A stretch of DNA of 64,000 nt from the NCBI RefSeq assembly GCF_964204645.1, contig NC_134030.1, forward strand, positions 5,932,778-5,996,777, written 5' to 3'. The stretch is from Tubulanus polymorphus (lineage: Eukaryota; Animalia; Nemertea). The position numbers and the translations under genes are program-made. The notes under the pieces were generated by a model. The model was not told where the DNA came from and ran no database searches. It worked only from the letters and a program-made list of their open reading frames with translations. Of this stretch, positions 54,384-64,000 are shown one piece after another; position 1 is the stretch's first letter, and the number at the start of each line of letters is the position of its first letter.

Positions 54384-56745
54384 TATATTTTTTTCAAACA
54401 CATTCTTTAAAACGGGCAGTTTTTCACTTTAATCATGGCATGATACTCGAATTACGTAGTTGAAAAACCACCGAGGATTTATGGATCAAAAATTCTGACA
54501 AAACCAGGTGCTGCAAATCGTGCAATTTGTTCTAATACAGTAAAAAAAAAAAACAGTTGTCAATTTTAGCGTGAACTTTTTCATCGACGCTCAAAAAGCG
54601 GTAATCGCACTACATCATCCTCATCATCATAGCGTGCGCATGACGTTCTTAAAATAACTCGTTGGAACCCTGTGGCGGCTCGCCGGTTCAAATAACGACG
54701 AATACAAGAAGCAGCTACCGTCGAAAATCAATACTAAATACGTCACTATTTACCGGTTTATCGTCATTTCTGCCGTCAAAAATAAATAAAATCCTTCGGG
54801 AAAAGTACCTGGAGACAATATATTTAACGCATCTAACAAATTATTCCTGGATATCGGGTCCGGGGTCAACGTGTGCCTGGTTTTTACGGTACTCTGCCAA
54901 AAGGCAGCGGATTATCAATTTTGTCAAACTTCCATCGAGTCTTCAGCGCGAAAAAAAAAAATTGCTTTTCTTCGAATAATTTAAAAGAGATCGAAGTAAC
55001 ACATCTTTTTGTTGATTCTTTGGAGAATTATTCAACGGCAAATATATTTGATGCTGTCAGCCATTTCAGAAATATACGCAATTAAGTTGAAAGGTCATGC
55101 CAGTTCGACTAATATTTAGAGTTGAAGTACAATGTATTTTTCAATGTATCGGTAACAAAAAATTCTTGTACAATGGAAGTTTGTACGATGCCAAGCGTTT
55201 AAAGATCCGACAAGTCATCAAAAAAAACCTCTCGGAGAAAAAGAATCTTCATCAAAATATAAAACCGCATTCGACAGACTCACACTTTGATATGTATAAA
55301 GCGACCACTTACACCGACCAGAAATAATTCTGAATGAACTTCAAGCGGATATCATTATATTAGATATTTTTCTAGTATTTGTCACGCAAATATGCATCAA
55401 TTTGTACTCACTGATAGGAGGCATTAAAACGAGATAATCAATGAAATAATTACATTATTCCAGACTTTTCACTGATTCACACATCACCAACAGTTATGAC
55501 AGTAAAACGTACTGTGTATTTCTTTCAAAAACATTTTATAAATAAATACGCACGCAACCAGCGACAAACTAACGCTTAAAGGGCTGAAAGATGATCGTTG
55601 CACATATACACACACGTTTTTAGGCAAAGTTTTATAAAAATACGAAAAATTTCCGGAAAATCAAACCCGTTGTCAAAGATAGATATACAATTGAAGATGC
55701 TAAACTAAGCCCGTTGTAGCAGGTATCAAATTGATACCATCAGCATGAATAAATTCTAAATGGATTATTAAGCTCTGGCGCTTTTCTATTTGACGCGTGC
55801 ACATTTTTTTTTTCTTCGTTTTATCCATATAAGTAAATAATAATTCTAATGAGGATGAGGGCATGGCACATGAATATGATTTATTTACAAAATGAGATGA
55901 AATATGAAATGCATATCCCCAATCATTAATTAACAAGGTCCAAGAAATGTCTGAATTCGTTTAATATGTCTCCACTAGCACTACACGCAAGATTAAGGGA
56001 CTGGTTCTATTTAACATTAAAATTCCATTTTCAAGGGGCAATATCATTTTCAACCACAATATCCGACACAAAATGCGTTTTGACGTAATAAATAGATGAT
56101 CTACGTAAGAATAAATAAATAAGACACTAGATGAGATAAATTAAACTAAATAGCTAAACTGCTCTTCAGCTGAACAACAAAATAGGATGAAAAATGCATT
56201 ATCCATGAATCTACATCAAACTACAGATTGAGGATGAACTGCTCAAATACAGTTAAACCTTGAACAAATCAAATGTACTTAAGGAGGAGACAAACAGGTT
56301 TTTTGCTGTTAAATGAAGTGATGAAAAATAAACAAATCGAGATAAAGATAGAATGCAAAATATAATATCGCCAAGAAACACAGTGACCCGACTAAGAATC
56401 TAAGTACTATCTACTAAATCGGTGCGTGGTGGAGAATCTGAATTATCATTCAAGAATTTGTGGTATAACTAAATAACAACCACCGTTTGGTAAGTTGTGC
56501 TCAATGAAATTTGATTTCACTAGAACTCATGACCCTGGAATGTTCATATTCTTACAAAACCTTAAAGGCTAACAACATGTCGCGAGGACATCGTCGTGAA
56601 ACGTAATACAGCCTCGTAAAACTCATTTCAAACAAAAAGCTTTCGTCGTTTAAAGAACAAACAACGAAGCCGTTTTTCACGCATGAGGAAATAAAGAAAT
56701 CTGGGGACGAAATTTCAAGCACATTTCATTCAAAGACGAATCGAG

Positions 56746-57728
56746 TTACTTTTTTTTCTTCGATTTACGCGCGTAACCGGATGTCGACGGCCGATCAGAG
56801 TTCGACGACTCGCCGGGAGACATTGTATCGTTCGTTTGACCGGACGACGAATACTCGAGCGGCACGAGCACCGGTTCACCGTCGGGTAGGAATTCTAACC
56901 GATACCGCGACGGATCGTACGGGCGTCCGTCGGCGTCGCGTAACGACGACAACGCCTCGTCGTACATGTGACTGATCTTGCTCTGTATTTCAGCGATCTC
57001 TTTCTGCAGCGTTTCGCGTTCGTTGTAGATCTTCGCGCGGTTCTTCATCAGTTTCTGCACGTTGATGTCGAGCTGGCTGATCTCGTCGAGTTTACGCTTG
57101 CGACAGTTCTGCGCGGCGACCTTGTTCTTGCCGCGGCGGCGAATGTCTTTGACGAGTTGCATCTGCTGGTCAGTTAACGCGTGCGTCTCGAGCAGCGCGT
57201 TCAACTCCTCCACCGGTAGATAGATGATCTGCTCGACGGTCACCGGCAGTTTCATTTGTTTCGCGCGTTTCTCGTCGCGCGTGAACCGAAGCGCCGGGTC
57301 TTTGACGATTTTCGGCAGGTACGCCTTGACCTCGCGCGGCTGCTGCCCGGGCGGAGTCGGGTACGTGTGATTATGAGCGACGTGTTGTAAATTAGCTGAA
57401 GACGCACACGGCGTCGACGCGCTGTCCGAGTGATTCGACGACGACGAATCGTTGACGTACAAGTCGTTGTTATCGCAGCCGTATTCGTTGAAACTGTCGT
57501 CGCTGTCGTAATACTCGTAGTTCGCTTTCGTCGAGCGTTTCGACGACGTGGCCGGGTCGTCGCCACCGGTGGCGCCCTCGATGCCGGCGAACGCCACCGA
57601 CGAACTGTGGTCCGGCGGAACGAACGCGCACGTCTCGTTGAAGTCGCGTTGAGGCGACACGCTGCTGACCGACACGGCCGAGTCGCTACTCGTTTCGTTC
57701 GATACACCAACGCCATCTTCAGGAGTTC
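56746..57728 (-). CDS. NFE2L2 (cnc): CNC-bZIP transcription factor (Nrf2/Nrf1/CncC homologue), terminal exon; upstream exons not found in the window
   Basis: Acceptor tttcttatgtatttgcag| at 57730-57729 (phase 1). Ser-rich Neh6-like DSAVS motif, HNHTY motif, CNC domain TRDEKRAKQMKLP...IIYLPVEELN, basic region DIRRRGKNKVAAQNCRKRKL, leucine zipper, and Neh3-like YRLE...PVLVP. Stop at 56748-56746. Confidence 0.95.
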
Positions 57729-59082
57729 CTGCAAATACATAAGAAAACAAAGATCTATCAATCATTTTATTCGATGCAGCTAAACCAGACCCAACTCCGG
57801 TCAGGTTTAACGGGTTCCTACAGAACCACAATTTTCAAACTTGAGGAGAATTCGAGGGCTTTGAGGGTATAATCACAGAGATTTGAGATAAATTAACTTA
57901 ATAACTGGGATTTCGAGACCAGTAACTAGTTCCACAATTCTCCATTAAGACTTCAAACAAATGTTCTAGAATCACGTAAATTAACCAGCTATTTAACTAT
58001 ATGTGTACTTAGATTTCCGATTTCAAAATCGAAAATCATTTTGGCAGGTAGGGTGGGCTTGTAAGGGACAAAACAAAAAACTCTAGAGACCAAATCAATC
58101 AATCGAATGAATAAGGTGATAATCGATTACATGATCAAAAGAAAAGAATAGAAGAAAAAAACAGTTGAGTGAACTATCAACAACTATGTAACTGAAGCCT
58201 GTAAGGTCAGAAGTCATAAACCGGCAGCAAAATATCCGCAGCGCAAAAACTGATCCGAGCACGACGAATAATAACTATTACCTTTCAAACGGAAAATGAT
58301 AGCTCTCTCTTTACGTGAAGCGTAACGTTTCGTCCACAGTTTGTAATAACTCGGCATATTCCGTTACATTCACTTATCCATTATATATCAGCTACAATAG
58401 TGTCATCATCGTCGTATATCATCATCATCAACGAGAAGAGGAAACCTCATCATTCGCATTTAAATCTCTCGCAAATCAAACATTTCTCAAAACTAATCTA
58501 AGAATGATGGCATTTCAATATAGGTTTTTTTTTGTCAGATAAAAAACTGTATCTTGCGACGCGTATATCATTCAACGTAATTACGATGACTTTTTCCCGA
58601 ATTCGCTATCCCTTTTTTCTGCTTAGTAAGCTAGTTACCTAACCGTCGGTGGTAAGCTTTTATAATTGGGTTGGCTTATATCGACTACTATCTATTCCAA
58701 CTTAATACGGTTTGTAAAACTCTTGCATTCCGACATGAAATAATAATCAGTTGGCCGCATATTCATTATTTGCTCATAGACAATGGACTTAGAAACGTCT
58801 TCAACTCGATCTGCTGAAGATAATTGAATCAATAACAACCTTAGTTTAGAATTAAGTGCACAATAATTCATATCGACGACGAGGATCACGAATAGATCTC
58901 TTTCCAATTTTTTGCAAAGTATAAAGAAAAGCGAAGTGACGTGAAAAACAACTCCCAAAAGCAAATAAACATAATTCATCTTTAACCATTGATAAAACAC
59001 TATAGATCCACGTTATTATGATAATCTATAGAGAATGCCACAATGATGAGGAAAAATATTAAGTCGGAAAATGTTTGCTTAA

Positions 59083-59333
59083 CCCTTTCAGTGCGTCTAC
59101 ACCGCAGTGCGGTGTACGAATCAGTGATGGATTTAGCTAGTACACCGTTCTCTCTTGAAAGATGGCAGCACCTGTCAAACATAGTGAAATATTAGTAACT
59201 AACGATATACCGCGCCAGGGTGTTGACGCACTATAGTGCTATTCCCGTTATTCAACACGCTAGGGTGGAATTTTTCAGAATTTTCGAATTATCTTCAGCA
59301 CTATGGAGTATTAATTAGCCAGCACTGAAAGGG
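59083..59333. mobile_element. 251-bp piggyBac-type MITE in the CNC gene intron
   Basis: TTAA|CCCTTTCAGTGC ... GCACTGAAAGGG|TTAA: 12-bp perfect TIRs starting CCC, with a TTAA target-site duplication. Confidence 0.9.
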
Positions 59334-60164
59334 TTAACACAGCAGAAACATTTCGACTTATTCTAATGGTCATCTTGAGGAATGAAGATATCTGTTAGAA
59401 GATTTCGAAAGAAAACTATTAGGATAAAGTCGAAACGTCGAATAAACCGCTAGCTCAATGAAACATTATCGGATATTAAATTTTTAGTTTCCGGTATTGT
59501 TGTGGGATTCTCTTATCATTAATTCATCTATAATCTATGAAGGAAATATATGGATTTAATAAGAAAATGTTTTCATGAAACCGCGCACGGGAAACGGCGG
59601 TAGAAGTTGTTGCAAGCGCGAGCAATTCAAATTTCGAATTGAACACCCGACTAAATCATAACCCTATGCAGATTCTAAAGAGCCCGGAGTCGATAAATAA
59701 CTGCATCATCCGTCGAAGCGGAAGAAAAATCTCCGATGATACATCAAAGTCGACAAGGTCGAGAGCAAGAGAGAGAGAGAGGAGGGAGATTGTGGAGAAG
59801 CAGTGAGTCAGTGTATGTGAGCGATGATTACTGATGATTCATCGAAAGCCACCAACATGTTGCATATCGGTTCGAGAAACAGGTGGATTTTCACTGACTT
59901 CATTTTCTCCGCAAATCACATCTCCCTCTATCGCCGTATATCGAGCAGATAATCTCTCGTGCGGATTTCGGATCAATTTTGAGATGATCGCGTGTTTAAA
60001 TGATTCATCGAGCTATTGATATACATGTATACAGATATACGCGCGGAAATCAATTAGTCGTAATTGTCCCGTCAAACACTAACCACTTCTGTAATTGATA
60101 CACTAAAAACCGAACGAGAAGAATAACTTACTGTTAGAATGGGGTACACACAAAACCAGCTTTC

Positions 60165-60179
60165 CCGCCAGGTGGCGCG
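60165..60179 (+). promoter_or_regulatory. CTCF-like motif
   Basis: CCGCCAGGTGGCGCG is a close match to the CTCF core consensus. Confidence 0.45.
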
Positions 60180-60959
60180 ACGAGCAGTAGGTTGTTCGTT
60201 GTCAAAATTAGTTCATTTTCTATTAACTTCGAACTGGATTTTTAGACTCCCGAATCCATATATCATAGCAGGACCAACCGAACATGAAATATTTCATTCT
60301 TCTACCCAGATATCGATATAGTTTTCATCAATAATTGATTCATTTAAGAAAATAGTTCATTCAGATTTAATTAAAATGTAGAAGGAATTCGAACGCAGAC
60401 TATCGAACTGACTTTCTACTAGCGAACCATTACTTACTGTGGAAAAGTCATTGAAAAAGTGGGAATATGAAACGAAATCTTACTAACAGTTAAAAATATT
60501 TAATAAAGCGATGACTGGACAATATTCAATATTCATGATAATAGAAATGCTAACTAGCGAGCAGTGATATCGATTCTAAGATTAACAGAAGCTCACTCAT
60601 CTGCTGTGAGTGAGAGAGAGAGAGATCATTATGCATCTACTCCTATACAATACGCTTTCTATACGAGCCACCATCGTCATCGTCGCAGCGATTGAACACC
60701 AGATTCCTCGTCACTCCCGAGGATGCAGCAGTCGACGGCGTCGCCGTAGCGATTCGATGAATACATGACTCATCAAATTTCCAATGCAACAAGTCGCTGT
60801 ATTCTACAGGTCTATCTATACACGCTCGCGCTCGGCTAACTCTGACCAACGCGACGTATTCAACAACGCATGACAACGTTAAACATATCATTAACAACCT
60901 ACAGCCTTAATTCTAAAAATCCTTGCAATAAAAAATACCGAGTTAATGCTTAAACGCGA

Positions 60960-61303
60960 TCGCTGGCCACTATTATTTAATTTTCTTCCCCCCCCCCGAC
61001 TATTAACTGATACTTTAGCTGTTTTCCCAGACAATTCCCTGACACATAAAATTGTTTTACCTGAAATTACCTGCTAAAGAATATACCATCAATCAACACA
61101 GCCGAAATACGTAAAACATAAATAGAAACTGTTTGATTTCATACATGATATAACTAATTTCTGTGACATCCCCCCACTCACGATTTTTAACTCTTTTACA
61201 GAAATCCCCGACTACTCCCTGATTTCTAAATTCGTGGCCACCCCAATATTCTTTTACAAAATTCCCTGACTATTTCCTGATTGTCATTCAAGTGGCTGTC
61301 CTG
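60960..61303. repeat. Degenerate DNA-transposon-like relic with repeated TCCCTGAC/T motifs
   Basis: TGGCCAC near the left end, GTGGCCACCCC and GTGGCTGTCCTG near the right, and several AATTCCCTGAC-type subterminal repeats. Confidence 0.45.
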
Positions 61304-62112
61304 TTAAATCAGCCTTATACAGTTCAAATAATACTTCAAAATGAAAGCATGGTGAAAACCTTAGATTTATGTCCAGCCCTAGCAGAACGTTATATCCCGA
61401 CATGGACTCACTGGACCAAATTCTACTACTGATACAAGTACGCATTAAATCCTACTCCTACTAAAGTTGCCAGTAATTGCCAAGTGAACTATTTTGCTTC
61501 TAAAACTGATTCAACAGCCGAAGACAGGTCTTAACATATAAGATTATTTTGGACACGACTGCGCATCTTCTGGCGAAGGTGAAGCAAATGCAACCAATTC
61601 AATGAGGTAAACAAGCGTTCTAGCTCATAAGCCTCGACAAAAAACGAAATTCTGAACAACGTACTCTACACATGAATTGTGAATTGTTTGAATGAATCAT
61701 CATAGTAAATCTAATGCTATTATATCGAGTGAATGAAATATTTACGAACTTCCCTCTCCTCTCTAACCACAATACAACCATACAGAAACAACCTACTTCA
61801 TCGCCCGTAAACACCTATTACTCAATTGAATGATATACGCGTCCAAAATTCCGTAGAAAAGAACGTCGACCGCGCAGTAAAAACCTTGCATCAGTCCTTC
61901 GAATATTGCTCGATATTCGTCAATCTGTGCAGCTTCATAGCCGCGCACAATAAACGCTAAGCGACATCTGCGACTATTTCATGCAATATATGAAAACGGT
62001 CTTTTAGTTCGCATTGCAGAACGAAAAATCCAAAACGACTTAACATACACCACCAGCTTATATGTTAATGCGCGCCGCACGGTATCCTATGCATGAGACA
62101 GCAAATTTCTGC

Positions 62113-62149
<37 letters not shown>

Positions 62150-62506
62150 CTATTGGCGAAAGAGCGCACGAAGAGCTGGAATTCCAATTACCGACTATAC
62201 ACAGTTGAAGAGTTGACTCCGGGAACGAGCTCGCAAACAGAATGACCTCTGTCGGCAGCGAGCTATCACTGAATGCAATAATGAGCAAGCCACCGACGCT
62301 GGAGGCAGCAACGTTATTTAGCAGTGAGCAACAGGAGTCTGAAGAGTGATTTCATCTACCACGGCTGCTGCTGCTGAGGAAACAGCTTCGATCTTGCGCG
62401 GTACTCTAACCGAAACTGTGACTGACGTTTGTTTCTTGTTGAAGAAAAGCGAGCGCCACTGCTGAAATTATATCTCCCTCTCTTTCTCTCAAATACTCGC
62501 ACACCT

Positions 62507-62509
62507 ATA

Positions 62510-62560
<51 letters not shown>
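62507..62560. repeat. (TA)n microsatellite (another at about 62118-62145)
   Basis: Visible dinucleotide runs. Confidence 0.9.
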
Positions 62561-62563
<3 letters not shown>

Positions 62564-64000
62564 CTGATCGCGTGGTTCCAGTCAGCGATGCTATATTTAC
62601 GACGAAAATCCATACGATCGAGCATCGATTCAATTTTAAATAGACTCTCTACGGAGAGGATGAGAAGCGACAGCGAGCGAAGGTTGGACGTCGACACGCG
62701 CGAAATACGTCAATCCCAGGTTTTTCGTTTGTCGTCGTCGTCGTTTTCGAAACAAAACACGAAACGATTTAAAAATACGACGCAAACCTGGATATATCGG
62801 AGCGACTATCGAGTAACACAATTATTATGACGAAGATGAAGACGAAAACTTTTAATTTATTTTCCAGGTTCGGCAGCAGCAGCAGCAGCGCGGATCTGTC
62901 AAAACGTCATAGCTCAAAAATACAAGACACGTACGTCGTACGTGCGCGTGCCATCTTTTTTTCGTGCCGTCAATTTTTAATTTTGTACTTCGAAAAAAAT
63001 ACGGCATCATTTTTAAGAAGCGTTACGAGGTATTGTCGTCATAAACAACGCACGAAAAAACTTTGAAGAGGCGCGACGACCCCCGGCAATGATAGGAAAA
63101 AAGCACAAAAAAATATGGATTTCTTACCTATGCAAGACAGACACCATAGCTGCATTCATAGAATTATAGACAGACTTTATACTCCTTTAGTTAACACTTT
63201 TCTGCTTATTCAGAATTTGTCATATTCGCAACTAACCCAGCATTTTACTATCAATATTTACTGTTATGAATCGCAACAGGGGTAAGCAGTTTTTTCCTCA
63301 GGGTTCGTAGTTGTAAGGCTATGGTCAAAATAAGCATTTTTCCAAACCAAAGTTTAAGCACTTTTAACAGGAAACTAGAGTTGTACCCGTTGCTTTTTGT
63401 GTCACTAAAATTGCACTAAAAAGTTCATTTGAATTAGAATCGTCACAAAAAACCACTGGCTACAATCGGACATCGTTGATTTATCAAACAATTTCTGACT
63501 GACAGACTGAAAAATTTTTTCCAGCCAACTAAATAAGTGAAGCACTTTGAATGGATTTTATTTAAATTGAGCACTAATTAAAGCCCTTAAAATTCATTTT
63601 TCTAAATAAGCCCTTTTAAGTTCTTACAATTGCAAGAATGACATTTTTTTTTCGACCGGTTGAAATAAACGGCACTCAAGAGGAAAAATTCTATACTTTG
63701 ATTTTCAAATTGGTACTGAGGTTGGGATTTCGGGGAAATGCTGGGAGGTTTGAATCCCAAATTCACTAACTGCAACATATGTAACTTTTTTCAGATTATA
63801 GACTCTACCATATCAGTTCTCGTGCAGAGCTACCAACCCTCGGGACATCCTCAAATTTAAGTATTTCGACCTCAAATCAAGCGCTTATCTAGTGCCCAGG
63901 GGGAGAGAGCTGAATCATGAACGAAAGCTTCGTAAAATTCACAGAAAATATTCCAGAATCGAATCACTCCCGAGTACTGACAGACCTGTTAGCACCACAG

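Noticed and set aside
56781-57783. Overlapping ORFs on alternative frames/strands of the CNC exon (similarly over Bsx exon 3, GT32 and the GPCR)
   Set aside because: They are shadow ORFs produced by GC-rich codon usage.
57729-57831. N-terminal 34 aa of the 361-aa ORF (MWFCRNP...)
   Set aside because: This is intronic sequence read through upstream of the splice acceptor at 57730-57729.
59803-59813. TGAGTCA sites in the CNC intron as autoregulatory antioxidant response elements
   Set aside because: They are AP-1 cores only; the GC dinucleotide required by TGACnnnGC is absent.

Overview
Eukaryotic, AT-rich, intron-containing animal DNA with no obvious CpG depletion. It is most consistent with an invertebrate bilaterian, probably a spiralian/lophotrochozoan; this is inference and no species can be assigned. 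Genes, left to right: (1) a complete 3-exon Bsx brain-specific homeobox gene (+, 278 aa); (2) two identical, convergent tRNA-Ile(AAT) genes and an isolated 5'-half copy; (3) a GT32-family DxD Golgi glycosyltransferase (-); (4) a multi-exon quiver/sleepless-like Ly6/uPAR gene (-) with an unusually extended C-terminus and an unresolved first exon; (5) an intronless class-A GPCR (+) lacking several canonical motifs; (6) the terminal exon of a CNC-bZIP Nrf2/CncC gene (-), whose upstream exons were not found in the window. Intergenic and intronic DNA carries many small non-autonomous DNA elements (piggyBac-type, Harbinger-type and tiny hairpin elements), long (AT)n tracts, CTCF-like motifs and a dense CRE/C-EBP/E-box cluster. 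There are no prokaryotic features or CRISPR arrays, and I recognised no known miRNA or snRNA. I did not find a clearly new biological system. The best leads are the Ly6 C-terminal extension, the tRNA-Ile cluster with a half-tRNA, a tandem tRNA-T-arm repeat with a compensatory base change, the atypical GPCR and the bZIP-site cluster.
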